Source of the DNA: Gekko japonicus
Taxonomy: Eukaryota
Assembly: GCF_001447785.1 (NCBI RefSeq)
Contig: NW_015165830.1
Coordinates: forward strand, 3,888,917 to 3,952,916
DNA: 64,000 bases
Direction of reading: 5' to 3'
Shown here: positions 26,399 through 42,185 of the stretch, one piece after another
Position numbering within the stretch: position 1 is the stretch's first letter
How the letters are laid out: each line of letters starts with the position of its first letter
The notes under the pieces: generated by a model
Told to the model about the DNA's origin: nothing
Database searches by the model: none
Seen by the model: the letters and a program-made list of their open reading frames with translations, nothing else
Program-made: the position numbers and the translations under genes

Positions 26399-26765
26399 CC
26401 TGGCACTTAATTGATTTTCCCTGTGATTAATTCTTTTATTTTAGGACACTTTTACCCTTTTCTAGGCAGATGAAGGTGACATCTCTGGCCCCCATCCCCC
26501 TTTAAACCCCCTTTGCACAGTAGGCTAGGTTGAAAGAGCATGACTGGACCCCAGCTACCCCTGTAAAGCTTTTTGGCAGAAGGGATATTTGCAACTATTT
26601 TCTACCAGGCCTAACTCCCAATTAAATATTAAGGTCCTATATAACTAATAGAGGTGTCTAAATTGTTTCTTACTCATTGGATGTTTGAAGGTTAGTAGAA
26701 GAATGAAACTGGCAACTGGTAGTACATTCACAGTCTCCTCAAACACGTCTCCCTTTTGTGAACAG

Positions 26766-27076
26766 GGCTTCTTGTGCTGATCTCTTCTTTTACCCTGGCA
26801 ATGGGTGGCATCAAAGCAGCTCGCATCCTCCACGCAGGACTGCTGGAGAACAAGCTCCACACTCCACAGTCTTTCTATGACACAACTCCCACTGGTCGAA
26901 TCATCAACCGCTTCTCTAAAGACATCTATGTGATTGATGAAGTGATACCACCAACTATTTTGATGTTCCTTGGAACGTTCTTCAACTCATTGTCCACAAT
27001 GATTGTGATCATAGCAAGCACCCCCCTCTTTGCTGCAGTTATCATTCCTTTGGCCATCCTGTACTACTTTGCACAG
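26766..27076 (+). CDS. ABCC3: ABCC3 exon 23 (311 nt)
   Basis: aacag|GGCTTC...GCACAG|gtaaca; PQSFYDTTPTGRIINRFSKDIYVIDE. Confidence 0.96.
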
Positions 27077-27737
27077 GTAACAGTTGATTTCCTTTCGCTT
27101 TGGCCATCAAATTGCTTTCCTGATCTTTATTTTTACATTTAGAGAGAGAGTGCTATATAGATAACATGAGCTGTCTGTTAAAAGTTACTGCCTAGAGCCT
27201 GAAATCTGAAGACATTTAATGTATAGAATTTGTCACTGGATGGATCTTATTCAGCATGCAAAACCTGAAGTAGACAAAGGTATTACGTAGCAAAAATGAT
27301 GAGCAAAGTTTGCAAAGAACAATCTGTCGAGCTCACGATTTCTATGATAAAATAGCATTAATTTAATGCATCCAACTCTGTCTTAAATTAAAATATTTTC
27401 TTAAATTCATTCAACTGATGTAAGCATTTCCACATTTTAGACAGCATCACCTCAACTAAAAAGTGTCCTTTTGAAGGCGGGTTTTACCTCTTAATAGTTT
27501 AGCAAAGGCAAGCAAAATAACACTACTGTTGGTGCCTAGTCTCTTCAAATAACTAACCAAAACGGTATAACTGGATCCACAGGAATAACTATACCAGAAA
27601 TGGAGCCTGGTGCAGCATGCAGAAGATTCTAACTTTATTGACCCAATTAAGGCAAAAGTCTAGGTTCCTGATTTTAATACCAGGCGTGGCCAATCCAGAG
27701 GCTTCATACTGCCTCTCAGTCACTGGAATGGACAGGC

Positions 27738-28006
27738 TTCCCAAGTACTAACCGTGATTCGGCGGGGGACACAGACGTCTTCGCAGGATCATTCCCGCGG
27801 GGACAACAGACATGCCGCACCATGCTGTCGCTAGGAAGTGACGCCGGGCGATGCTCTGGCAATGGGCTGGTACCATCGAGTTTTCAGCCCCATTGCCAGA
27901 GCATCGCCCAGCGTCACTTCCTGGCAACAGCATGCTGTGTTACAGGGAGGAATGGTCCGGCCAGGGAGCATGTTTCCCCCGCCGGATTGCAGTAAGTACT
28001 TGGGAA
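27738..28006. mobile_element. Foldback (palindromic) MITE, ~270 bp
   Basis: Outer inverted ends TTCCCAAGTACTAACC / GTAAGTACTTGGGAA and a ~50-bp inner stem 27821-27869 / 27885-27934. Confidence 0.75.
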
Positions 28007-30011
28007 CCCTAGGAATGGATGTTACATGGTTCCATTATTTTCTGTAGCAGTAGACTAGGGCAAGAGTCCAGTAACACCTCAAAGACTAATTTTTAGGTGC
28101 AGGGTATGTATGGCAAGGTATGAACTTTTGTGAGTCACTGCTCACTTCTTCAGATACCATAGTCAGACCCACTGAGCTAGTGACCCTGGCTCGTAGCAAA
28201 GCAAGGGACACTCAGCTTGACTTGCTCCAGGGCTGTTTTCACTTCCATTTCCATTGCTGATTTGAAGCACTCCCCATTTGTAGGCAGTGCTCATAAAAAT
28301 TCAGTTCCTGAGGTTCCCAGTTCAGGCCCAGAAATCTCTGCCCACTCTGGCTCTGGGAGCAGATACAGAATACACACAGATTTAAGGCTGTCAACTGCAT
28401 GAATATTTTAGCCAATTAACGGAGTCTCTTTTCAGCAATCACCAAACATATTGAAATTGCAGCATGTTCTCTTTTATGTCCATGTAGTAAAGACGACAGC
28501 AACCTCTCAACTAAATTACACAAACCAATCGCTTTTGTTGCTGTTGTGGGAAAAACAATTTTAAAAGCATAGCTCAGATAAAGAGATACATGCTAGCTGT
28601 TCATAAGGGGCAGCTGAGATGTTTTTATAAGAAAAATTAAAATCCATATTCACTGAATTAATAGATTGTATCCCTTGAGGAATAATTTCAGTCCTTCTGG
28701 AGGCATTAAGGAGAGGCAACTCGAACATCAGAGTTCCACATTAGGGCCTAAAGCGATATTATTGACCAGTTACGCCAATGGCTGATAGTAGCTTTTTTCG
28801 CTAGGGAACATTCAGCTGCAGATCTGCGTCACAGTGCTTTCAGTGCTCTTCTGAGGAACAGCTGAGCAAACGTAAGATGACACTCCTGTTGGGGGCCATC
28901 TTGCATGTCTTTTTCTCCCTTGCTACAAGAAGAGGATATACCTCTTCTTGTTTCATGAATCCTTTTCTCTCCCAGTAAAAAAGGAAGTAGCTTCCAAACA
29001 ACATTCTTTATGCAGTAGAGAAGGACAAAAAGCAAGTGCTCGAAGGATTTCTTTAGGCTCTGACCCTCCTTCTCTATAGATATGTTTTGGATGAATTGGG
29101 TGCTGAGGACCCTGGTACAATTCTCCCTTTTGCTGTCATCTTAATAGGCATGATCCTATGTCATGGTGGTGCAGTCTCATCAGTCATCCCATGAGAACTA
29201 GAATTGTCTGTATAATTAACATATGTATTCATTTATTTGTTTAGTATGGGGGAGTTTTGCCCTTCCTCCAAGAAGCTCAGGGCAGTATATGTCAATCTCT
29301 TCTTCATTGCATCCTCACAAAAATCATGTGATGTAGCATAGGGTAAGAGTGTCTCATTGATTCAAGGTCACCCAGAAAGCTTCCTGGTAGAATGGGTATC
29401 TGAATCCTCATCCAGTACTCTAACCACTATACAATATTTGCTCTTTAAAGCTTGATTTATTGGGTCAACTAGTAGAAGAGGGTTTTTTTAAAAAAAATGA
29501 TGGGATGGCACGTTATCTGAGTTGTTGTGTCAAGGCCGGTTTTAAGCAATAATCAGAATTCAGTAGTAAACCTTGAATAAAGCTTAGACTGTGCACTTGG
29601 TTGCAGATGGGGATTTATACATTTGCATGGTGTCCCACAGAAGTAAGTTCCATCTGCCCAGAAAGAGAGCATATCACAGGAGAGGAGTTTCCCCTTTGTC
29701 TTCTTCTGAACAGGTTATTTTTCTGTATGCAAGCAGTTTTTCTGTAGAGGAGCATTCAAACTTCACTTGTAACAAGAAGTGATGTGGTTGAGAGAATGTT
29801 CTCCCACAATTCGGATGATGTATAAAGTGTCCCTAGGCTTCAACAGGCTGACAGAAAAAAAAACCCTTAAATTATGACCAGCCTTCCTTTTCCAGTTGTT
29901 TTGCATTCTGACATGATACTGTACTTCTGTGGCACAATGAGTTGATAGTTCCTGTCAAACATCTAAAGTGTTTAAGTCTTATGTTTGTCTTTGTGCATTT
30001 GAACTGAATGA

Positions 30012-30218
<207 letters not shown>

Positions 30219-30272
30219 TAAAAAGAACCAGTATTTGCTTGTGTATGTGTGTGTGTAATTTTTCATGTTTAA

Positions 30273-30497
<225 letters not shown>

Positions 30498-32034
30498 TAA
30501 CTCATACAAGTAGCAGAAGCTGTCTCATACAGTATTCTGGCTTTCGGTGCATATTGCTCCACTGGGTAATAGAGAAGAGACAGGATGAAAGAAATGCGGG
30601 AAGAAGATAATAAGAGCAGCTCCTATCTGAAGGCACCAGAATGTTAATTTTGTGTATCTCTTGAATCTTTCGTTATTAAAAGCCCAGCACTCAATTCCTG
30701 GGAGCAGCAAACTAGCACAAGCTGTGCGATCTAAAACGGGGATGGGCTTTTGAATACAGAATACACCATCCTCAGCTTATTAAAGCCTATTTCTCATGTA
30801 CTGTTTCCCCATGATGTTCCTATTCCGCTGGAGAGTGTGTGTGAAGCAGCCACATAAGCAGTGGCTTTCCTATTCAATAGCTACACTCCTCATGGCAAGA
30901 ATGCCAATTGGATGGGAAACACTTATAAGTAGTCCTGCCTCTTTGATTGCTTCATTCTTGCTTGATTCTCTCACACACACTCCTCAGAGGCATGAGATTG
31001 TATGGAGGAAATTGGCTCCCACAGCCAAACATATAATGGCAGTGTTTGGGAACCCTTGCACTGCAGAACACAAGCTCAGCACCTCTCACCCTGCTTGGTG
31101 TTTGTATTCAGTTTACAGTTTCTTCAGAAGGGCATTGAGTTAAGGGAAAGCATCTTATGATAGCCAGCCTAGAAAATCACTCTTGCTCCTGTTTTCTGTT
31201 GATGGCCATCTCAACAAGGAGTTAAATCATTAATTTTAAGCCAAGAGCATAGTGGAATCAGTATAGTTTTGAAATTGTGGTGCAAAACCTAGGTTTCAGT
31301 TTAAAGGGTGCACTGATTTAGCTCACTCCAAAGCCATGAACTTTGATGGATAAATTGCTTTGTAAAATTCTATGGCCTGTACAAAAGCATCTGGTCAGAT
31401 CAGAGGATTCTAAATATGCCTCCCAGATTTAAAAGCTATGAATTTTGATGTGGGAGGAAGAAGCATGCTGATTGAATCTCTATCCTTAGTAGCTGTGGGA
31501 TCATACAATAGAAGCAGCAAGGTGATGAATTCTAAATGAAATGTAAGGAAGTGTAATACCTTTGATATTTTATAATATGACCTTAGAAAATATCAGGCAA
31601 ACTTCAGGTCACTATAGTTTACAGGGTCTTTGCATCTTATTTACCTTATAGGGTTTGTGGTAAGGTTAGGAGCTGGTATACCATGTCTACGTAACAACTG
31701 CAATGTAAACGCGAATGAAGTGGTAGGAGAATGTAGAAGTCTCCCGCCCACATACACACTTCATGACTTCCTTCTTGAAAATTAGATTCCCTTATCTTTC
31801 CCAATGGAGGGATGGCAATAGTTTGAAAAAGGAGATGGAAGAGACATTTTAATAACTGAGGTAGTGAAGAAGTGAAAGAGAAGTAACACAGGTGGCTATA
31901 GAAGATTATGTCAAACCTTTCCACAACTTCACTCTTTATGGCTTCCACTGATCTCAAAAATAAAGTCAGCTATTCAATCTTACTTTTCAAGATACTCTTG
32001 AAGATATGGGTAATATGTCTTCATCATTGTTTAG

Positions 32035-32253
<219 letters not shown>

Positions 32254-32483
32254 TGATCATTCCCCCTCCCCCAGGCCCAGTTCAAGCTCCATCATAGGCC
32301 TACCTAGAGAGGGGAGGGCCAGGTTTTCCCACAACTGCTACTGCTCAGCCCCCACCATGGCCACCTGCCCCACTGTCTTCAGCTTTCCATCCTTCCACCC
32401 CCTGGCAACCTCTCCTTGGGAAAGTTCTGTGTGGTGCTGGCAGTTGGGCCAGGCCCAGTTGCACTTTTGGGAACATGCAAAGA

Positions 32484-32535
32484 NNNNNNNNNNNNNNNNN
32501 NNNNNNNNNNNNNNNNNNNNNNNNNNNNNNNNNNN
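32484..32535. other. Assembly gap (52 N) in ABCC3 intron 26
   Basis: Run of N. Confidence 0.99.
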
Positions 32536-34672
32536 CTTCTCCTGGAAACCCCCTCCTCCTTGCCTTTCCTTGCTTTTTTTCTCCCTACCCACCAAAGAAC
32601 CTACCTTTTATCTGCCTTCCCATCTGCCCCTTCCATGGCTTTCTACTGTCAGAAATCAAGGCTAGAAATCTAGCAGTAAAGTTGTGGTTGACATCCACTG
32701 GGGGCATTCATTTCTTAGATCTACAGGCACTGCTTCTATTATGGTAGGTTTTTAAAAATAGATTTCACATTTTTCTGCAAACCTGAAGCTTTTCTCAGGT
32801 TTGTAGAAAGATGTGTCTTGTCTCCTCATGGCTCCAATCTCTGGGCCTAAGTATCCATAGAAGGAGCGACATTGAAAATTAGATATACTGACAATGATGA
32901 TGTTCCTGTGTGGCAGTCTTATTTATCATTTCATTTTGCAGGCAAGTAAAAACAGCCATGGCCCATTCTCAGACATTTTATATTGTAGCCTCTGTTATGC
33001 AGTGGCCTTCCTGACTGTGTTGTGAAGGCTATCACTTTGTTGAGTTTCCATAAGCTTTGTAAGGCTAAAGGTGGAGCTGATTATGATGTCGGTAATAAGA
33101 TGTTGTGGATTTGTATTGTACTTTTTAATTGTTTCTTATGTTATGGGTCTTATGGCTATGTTTTCACTTGTTGTAATCCTCCTCAAGTACTTTATGGGAG
33201 AAAAGTAGACTAAAAGTGCTTTAATTATTTTTTTTTAATCCTTGGTAAAGGAACACGCAAGCATTGTAACCATATATAGCTTTTCGGTAAAACAGTAATA
33301 TGGCTGCCACTCAGCTAAGAGAGAAAGCAAAATAAACGCAATTGATTTTAGTCACTTCAGACAGATTATCTGTTTGCTTTTCATGACAATATTTTAAGCA
33401 TTTAAATGCTGGAAATTGGGCATGATCCAGCCACATTAAAGCACTTTGAAGGTTGATTTTAGTGGAGGACACTGAAGCACATTCTTAATTCTCCATTTGA
33501 TATAAACAGAATTTGACTAGCTGGTTCCGGCTGAGCTAAGAACAGTGCTGTGGCTGTGCACTGCTTCCCGAAGTGTTTTATCTTTTCTTATTTTTAGTTT
33601 TATTATCTTTGTTTTGTCCGGTGTTTTGCTAGCTTGACTAGATTGTACCCTTGTGATTAGACAGGTTACCTTATCTGAAGATTAATTTAAAAACATTTAC
33701 ATTTGTAAGCAGGCTTATTCTTTTGTTGTTATATATGGGGGGTATTCTGATTGATGAACTGATAGATGCAACTTGAAAGCTTGCATGTTCCCTTATCAAC
33801 AGGAAACCGATACAGTTAGCAGGCATACGCATCAGAAAAGGACACTGTCAGGGCTGTTGGTTTTTTGCATGTGCGGACTAAGGCTTTCCTGTGGCCATTT
33901 TTACTCATGAAAGCAGGGGAGGGCAGAAGCTGGATCTCCTCTTTCCCCTGCACCATGCTCTTGAGGAAAATTGGACACCAGAGTGCTTGAAAAAGTTAGT
34001 TCCCTAAAGTCAGATCTGTCTGTAAAATGGCTTGAGGAACCCCAGTCCATTTAGTAGCAGACATAACTTCTAGTTTGGCTCTAAGTCCAGTCATGACAAA
34101 AGTCACTGGGATACTGCTTAGAGTTGGGTACTAATTAGACATGAAACATGTTATATTTAGTAGCAGAGCAGCATATGTTTATATGGTCTGTGGTAATGTG
34201 ATGTATGTGTCTGAAGTTAGTTGAAGAAAAAATTATCCATCTTACTTTAAATCATTCTGCAAACATGGAGTGTAAATAAAATTCTTACATGAACACATGA
34301 ATCTGCCTTAGACTGGGTTAGGCCATTGGTCTGACATTGCCTGCTCTGACTGGCAATGGCTCTTCAGTGTCTTAGGTAAAGGGTCTTTTGCATCACCTAC
34401 TACCTATTTCTCAGCACCATCTTAAGCAGAATTATACTTTTGTAAGCCCACTGGTTTCAGTGGACTTAGAGTGGTGTAACTCTGCTTGGGATGGCAATTG
34501 TTTTGGCCACAGAGGTCAGGCACTGAATGTGGAATTTCTTGCATGTAAATCATGCAATCTGTGACTCAGCCACCCCCCTCTTGTGTTAATTTTTGAGGGA
34601 AGTTTTATTCAACTATCCTTGAACTGTATATTAAAGCTTAACACAATATTTGTAACCATTTCACTTCTCTAG

Positions 34673-34819
34673 GCTCCTTGGATAATTGAAGACAAGAGAC
34701 CACCAGAAGATTGGCCTACCCAGGGACAAGTGCAGTTTTCAAACTATTCCGTAAGGTATAGGAAAGGCTTGGATTTGGTGCTGAAAGACCTCAGCCTAAA
34801 TGTGAAAGGTGGAGAAAAG
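34673..34819 (+). CDS. ABCC3: ABCC3 exon 27 (147 nt)
   Basis: tctag|GCTCCT...GAAAAG|gtatag; APWIIEDKRPPEDWPTQGQVQFSNYSVRYRKGLDLVLK. Confidence 0.95.
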
Positions 34820-35824
34820 GTATAGTTACAGAACAACTGCTTTGGTTATGCAAATAACTATCAGAATCTGTTTCATGACACTTCTGTAGGCAAGCCAAAT
34901 CTTCAGCATCATTCAGTGCATTTATCTGCACTGGTTTCTTATGCATCTGCAGATTCTTTTAAAATATATTTATTATGTGTTTATTATGTGAATCATGAAA
35001 ACTCTATCACCATTTCTTCACATATCTTCTTGGTATTAGTGGTGTTGAAAATGCAGATTGAGTGGGCCCCTTTGATACATCAGAGTCCTGCCATGTAACC
35101 ATTGAAAAGTGATGGCTGTAATTTATCATTTGCAGGGGTTGTTCTGTGACAGCACCAGCATGTGCAAGAATTGGATTTTAGCCCATGCTTTCATCTGTCT
35201 GAATTGTTAATTGATTACTACGATGTCAGACCCAACTCAGTTTGTGCATAGGCTGATTTGGTTATGTGAGGTCCATTTAATCTTGCCATCTTTGCCGCAT
35301 ACATGATGAGGGGGATAACCAGGGGTTTTTCATGGTCATCACTTTCCCAAACATAAGTAAAGAGGAAGACTTTGGGAATCACTCATGGATGCCTGGTTAT
35401 GTGTACAGCTATAAAGCATGATTCATGTAGCTTTTCACTTTGCTAAGTAATCATGCACTTCAAGTGTGTAAGCTGGGCCCTGAAAATATCAGTTACAGGA
35501 GCAGCAGCTTGTTAATTTTGCTTTGTTTCTTTTCTGAAATTGATCCCCCCATAATGTCTGCCGCTCTATGACGCTAGCATCTGTTTTCCATAGTTCTTCT
35601 CCTCCAGGAGCAACCACTTTAATTCTTTCATGAACAACATCAGCAGTCACACTCGATACCAAGCTTTTTTTAAAAAAAGGAAACACTTATTTGTAAACTG
35701 TCGTTTTACCAAGTCTTATATTCTCATGTGTCAGAGATTTCAAAAAGTCATCTTCTTTTCTCCTGGAGCCATTACCTGAGTTTTCACTGTACAATGTTCC
35801 TGACTCTCCACATGTATTAATTAG

Positions 35825-36563
<739 letters not shown>

Positions 36564-36665
36564 TGAAGCAATAAAAGCATGCTACCAGTGAATTGGCTGA
36601 TCGTGTTAAATAGTTGTGTGAAACTGAGCCCCCATCCTCACTGTACTTGGATGTTCATTTACACC

Positions 36666-37121
36666 TTGGGTTGCCACCAAGTCACAATACTGCAGGGGCA
36701 ACAGAAGCCACAGCTGGGCGGGGGTTCCTCCGCTCCTGGGGGCTTAAATCCACCCCTGGCCAGCTGGCCTCCAGGGAAAGCCCCACCCCCTAACCCCTCT
36801 CCCTCCCTGCTAAAAGATTTAAATGGCTTCAGCTGATTGGCAGGGAGCACGTGGCCCACTGACCAACTGGAGGGCCCTTTAAATCTTTTAACAGGGAGGG
36901 AGAGGGGCTGTCACCGGCCACAGGTCCACTGTCAAAAAGACAGTGGGGGGGCACAGCACATGTGGGGCTCCTTTCCCAGCAGGGATTCGCCATTTGGGAT
37001 TCAGGCCTGCACCACTGCCTGTGGCAGTAACCTGGGGACGGGGTTTGGGGCCATCCCCACCCACCTCAAGAACACCCCCCAAATCCCCCCACCAGATTGA
37101 CCAGGGGACCTGGCAACCCTA
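36666..37121. mobile_element. GC-rich MITE with TAGGGTTGCCA-type TIRs
   Basis: TTGGGTTGCCA ... TGGCAACCCTA; no clear TSD. Confidence 0.55.
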
Positions 37122-38489
37122 GCCACAACTGGCAAAATTCCCCTGCTGTGCAGCTTCTAAACATGCAGCAGCCATGTTAAGTTGTATCCTTGCCCACGTC
37201 TCCTTTGCCTGACAACTACCAGGAACAGGCTAGCTTGCTAACTTGCCAGGAAAGTTCTCGGCTGGCTGCTGCCCAGCAGGACCACTTGTGGGCAAGAGCA
37301 AGCTGAGCCAAGTGGCTCCTGTGGTATCACCAAGGCTGCATAGCCTGAGCAGTATCTGCAGCTCTTCCAGCACTGCAAGGCCCACTTAACTCAGCTTGCT
37401 CCTGAGCTGTTCTCGCATTCCAGCCCCCCTGAGCATTTCCTTCTGGCAGTAACCCCAGCTCTACTTTCTTGTGTCCCAGGGAAGGAGAATTTTTCCACAG
37501 GGATTTGTTTCTTTGCCATAGGCTTACTATTGCAGAGTGGATTTCAGCATGGCTTTACGTGCTAAGACATGCTAAAATTTATATAATTATTTCATTAATG
37601 CATTGATTTATATGGTACATGTTTAGCAGCTCTCCCCCGTATAAAATAGAACTCTTGTTTCTTTAAAAAAATATATTTTTATAAATAAGAAAATTTAGCA
37701 ATATCATGGGAAGCACAAGTATACAAAAAGTAATAATACATATTACTAGTTTTTAAAGGACCATTATTAAATCAGTATATATAAAAACTGAAGTATTACA
37801 AAATTAAGTCAACATTTTAAAACATACATGACATACCCAAATATTGTTGTTTGATCTACATAAATAAAGCAACAAATGAACGGTAAAGGCAATAATAGCA
37901 TTAGGAAAAGATTTAGCGAAAAACAAGCAGAGTGCCTATAAAAAAAACAAAAATACTGCCATTAATATTAGAGGTCCTGACTAAATATTCTTAATGTGCA
38001 ACTCACTTGAATTGATTTGGAATGAGACCTGCCTATTAGCCAACTGCTTAGCAGCTTTATAGCTACCATTCTCTGTCTGTCTTTTGGTTAGTTGTGAGCA
38101 CCAAGACCTCCCATATGTTGAGGGTTTTAAGGCCTCCTCCTTGTCGTTTATGCCTATAAAGTAAATAATGTATCCTGACAAGTGAGCTGTCCTTTTCATA
38201 GTAACGGGTTTTTGGGTTGTTTGTTCTTTGAGCTTACCATTTTCATAAAGCAACTGTACGTGGAACTGTTGAGGCCATGTTCATAATGATCAGACTGGAA
38301 ATCCTCCTTGAACTTGACTCATTTGTAGTGTCCACTGTCCTGGTCCCTTCACTGAAAAGATTTTCCACTTCTTGACCAAGTCTCATATCACTATCTAATA
38401 ATGTATCTGACAGACAGTTGATTTGCCTTTAAAAAAAAAATCTTAATCTTTCAGACCCCAACTATATGTCTACACAGCTGCAGCCAACC

Positions 38490-39170
38490 CACAATCTTCT
38501 TCGTGGTGTCTGTGCATCACACCTCTGGGATACAGTGTGCCTGCGCCGACCATAATCAGTATTGTAGAAAGCGAAAGGGATCTTCGCACCTGCTCCCCAG
38601 TCACGTGCCGGGCTCCAGTACGCATGACTAGGGGAGGGGCACGACAATCCTGCCAGTTCTCTTCTGACCGCCGCGCTGGTAGGATCTTTTCCACCTCAGT
38701 TGGTAACTTTTTCTCTGGCCTTCGGGTCTCCTCTTCCAAACAACTGTTCCTAGTTAGGGAATTTAAGTGTGTTAATTAGGGATTTGGACTTTACTATTCA
38801 TGGTCTGCTTCGGCAGACTTTATCCACACACACCCCTCCTCAGCCTATGGCCAAATGGTGGGGCTTCTTCAAACGATGCTGGAAGTGCAGTAGCAAAATT
38901 GCCCCCCCGACAGACACTCCCTTTGCCTCCTGTGTCCATTGTGCCAAATTCTCCAAGCAAACGAGAAAGAATAGGGCCGCTAAACTCCGAATCGCCTTGT
39001 TGGAACTGGCTCTATCTCTGATGGCATCGTCGCAAGATACTTCAGGGCACACTTCGATGTCGACGCCACTTCGTAGTCGATGGCCACACTGGCCCATTCC
39101 GACGCCAATCGATCGGTGCTGAAACGCTCGATCCCAGCATCTCAGTCCGAAGCCCATACTCCCACTAAGA
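38490..39170 (+). mobile_element. DIRS-like retrotransposon 5' fragment (terminal repeat plus start of gag-like ORF)
   Basis: CpG-rich; GFFKRCWKCSSKIAPP..., CVHCAKFSKQTRKNRAAKLR is a Cys-rich N-terminus resembling vertebrate DIRS ORF1 (from recall); truncated. Confidence 0.65.
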
Positions 39171-39172
39171 AA

Positions 39173-39466
39173 CATCAGGAGAGCAAGGACCTCTGCTCCA
39201 TATGCTTATCTAATTCCCTCTTGAAGCTGTCCATGCTCATAGCCACCACCACCTCCTGTGGCAGTGAATTCCATGTGTTAATCACTCTGTGGCTGAAGAA
39301 GTACTTCTTTTATCTGTTCTAACCTGACTGCTCAGCAATTTCATGGAGTGCCCACGAGTTCTTGTATTGTGAGAAAGGGAGAAAAGTACCTCTTTCTCTA
39401 CCTGCTCCCATGCATAATCTTATAAACCTCAATCATGTCTCCCCCTCAGCCGTCGTTTCTCCAAGG
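39173..39466 (-). mobile_element. CR1-type LINE 3' fragment
   Basis: Similar to 13300-13598 plus 14400-14430; provides the uninterrupted version of the Helitron target. Confidence 0.65.
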
Positions 39467-40335
39467 TAACTCTCTATAGAACTCTGAAGTAAATCAGTAT
39501 ATGCCCAGACTTTAGTTCATATGTTTCAAGCTATTGAGAGTCTCATAAGCTGTTCCCAGTGATTTAGGATCTTCAAGATGAGAGGCTTGTTCCAGTGTTT
39601 CCCAAACACTCCAGTACACTTTCTTTGAGCATTCACTGACTCTTTTGGTTTCCAGAAGGTAGGTACACTATTTCTAGAACCCAAACCCCTCCTCTAAACA
39701 CACCAGTACTCTTCTTGAGTTTTATCTGACTCTTAAGGTTTCACAAGGTTTCACAAGGCAGTTTCTAACTACAACAGACCAGGGGGAACTCTCCACTCCT
39801 ATTTCCCTGTTTTAACTGGGTAGGGGAAATTCTTCTCTCTCTAGAAGATCTATCCCTTTTTTTGGCCTGAATGGGAATCTTCACCTCACTACTTACTCGT
39901 CCTTGCCAGCCTCCTTCAGTTCTCCATCTTTGTTAAACTGCTCTCCGTCAGGGCTGAATTCAGAATGAATTCTTCTCAGCATCCAGAAGTCTTTCTCTGC
40001 TCAACTGATGCTAACCAATCAGATCTCTTGGAGCAACCTATCATTCAAGGCTCTCTGGCTCTTTGAAGAAGTAATCCTTCACAGTTCTTTACCTGTTTGT
40101 ACAGCACTCCTAAGCTTTTAAAAGTGCAGTCTGTCACAGCTGCCCCCTGCAAGGAGTGGGGGAATGCAAAACGTGATATCTTCATGTTGCACACTTTTTC
40201 TAAATGTTATTAGAAAACAAGCAGCAGGAGGACACAGGTTGGCAGCAGCCACATGTTTTAAGTTCATGCCCCAGTCATTCATTAAAATCAGAACTTTTTA
40301 AATGCAATGTCTTTGAAATTGCCATTGATTGATAA

Positions 40336-40551
<216 letters not shown>

Positions 40552-41503
40552 TAGGGATTTTGTAATGTCAAATACATAGTGTGGACTTCATGTTTCTTTC
40601 CCCCCCCCCTTCCCCTGAAGTGTGTGTGTTGAGCTATAAGACCATATATTCCAAAGTACTTACTTCCCTCTTTAAAATAGGTGCTCTGCTGAATTTCAGA
40701 GCATGTAATTGATCCCACTGTCATGTCAGTAAAGAGGTTTTTGTCCTGTTTTGGGAACACGTCCAGTTGGCTTATCTGTGTTGGATCATTCGGCTCATAT
40801 CTGATGCAGGGTGTTACTGGCAAACAAAGCAGAAGTACGCCATCCAGTCAGGAATGTGAAACCCAGGATGTGTCTGCACTGCTGTTCTCCTGGGGCATAC
40901 CTGGTGCCAGTTTGTACTATATACTGGTTGAAATTGCTGATTAGAGCTGCTCTTTCTGGGCTTAGTTCAAGTCCTTCCCTAACAAATGACTCAGTTCCCT
41001 GTGATGTTTCAGAGTATCTGAATAGTGAAAGGAAAACTGCCCACATAACTCATGAGTAGGGCTGCTGGCTGGGAAGGGTTTTCAGTCAAGTGGCATGCTG
41101 AAATCCAGGCAGTAGATCTATTTATAGCACCTTAACTGTTGCTTTGTATGGCTGAGAGTGCTTACTTAGAAGTCATTTTCTTGTGCTCTTTGTAAGTGTA
41201 CAGTCTGCATCAGCCTTGGTAGGAAATTCACTCAAAATAACTCAGCAGAGCCAATCTGTTATTATCACTTAATTTATGCATGCCATTTATATCACAGCTT
41301 TCTTCTACCATGGAGTCAAAGGCAGCCTGTATTTTTTCCCCCTTAATATGTCTAATAGTAGTTGGAAGAGGAGGGATGTGTTTCAGGGATAGGGGCAAGG
41401 GGGAGAACTCTCCATGCCTCACTGCTGTGGGCACAGTCCTATGGCTACATTTAAACTTAAATAGTTGTATATTGGGAGACTCTGCCTCAGATTGCCATGT
41501 GTA

Positions 41504-42028
41504 GGCTGCGGTCACACGGAACATTAGCCACGCTACAGAGACGGAAGATAGGCGGATTTTCCGGGCGCAATCTCACCAGCATATCTGGGAAGCGTAGTGC
41601 TCCCGTGGGTCACCCAAGGCTTCCTGCCGAATACGTGCGGGGAAAAACTAGTACCTCTGAGGTACTAGTTTCCGGAAACTGCGGGACAAGGGCGGGCGTC
41701 TGATCATGTTTCCGGTGGCATCCGGCGCCCGCCCATGCCCCATTGCAAAAAGGTGTTTTTTTCCGGAGTCTCCAGGGATGCGCAGAAGCACCCAACGGGG
41801 CATGCGCATACTTCAGGTTCAATTAAAAAAACAAAACACAACCCCGTCGTGCCGCGCCGCTTCTTTGGCACGTCGTGTGATCGGCACCTCCCCCCTAACC
41901 ATGGGACCTCGACAGGACTGGGAGGGGATGCCTGATCGCGCAGTCGTGCATTATTTCGCTGCGGGGCAAACAGCCATTCCTCCCCCCCCCCCCCCCCCCC
42001 GCGATATCCGGCCCGTGTGACCGGGGCC
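41504..42028 (+). mobile_element. PIF/Harbinger-type MITE, copy B
   Basis: TIRs GGCTGCGGTCACACGG / CCGTGTGACCGGGGCC; flanks GTA/ATA; CpG-rich. Confidence 0.8.
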
Positions 42029-42053
42029 ATAGTTTGGCATTTTTCTGAAATGA

Positions 42054-42185
<132 letters not shown>

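Noticed and set aside
32338-32747. ORFs containing runs of X
   Set aside because: Artefacts of the N gap; exons 26 and 27 join in frame, so no coding exon is missing.
39530-40140. Possible LTR-like block (also ~1985-2250, ~12200-12720 and ~49270-49800)
   Set aside because: Composition is suggestive, but I could not define both termini or a TSD.
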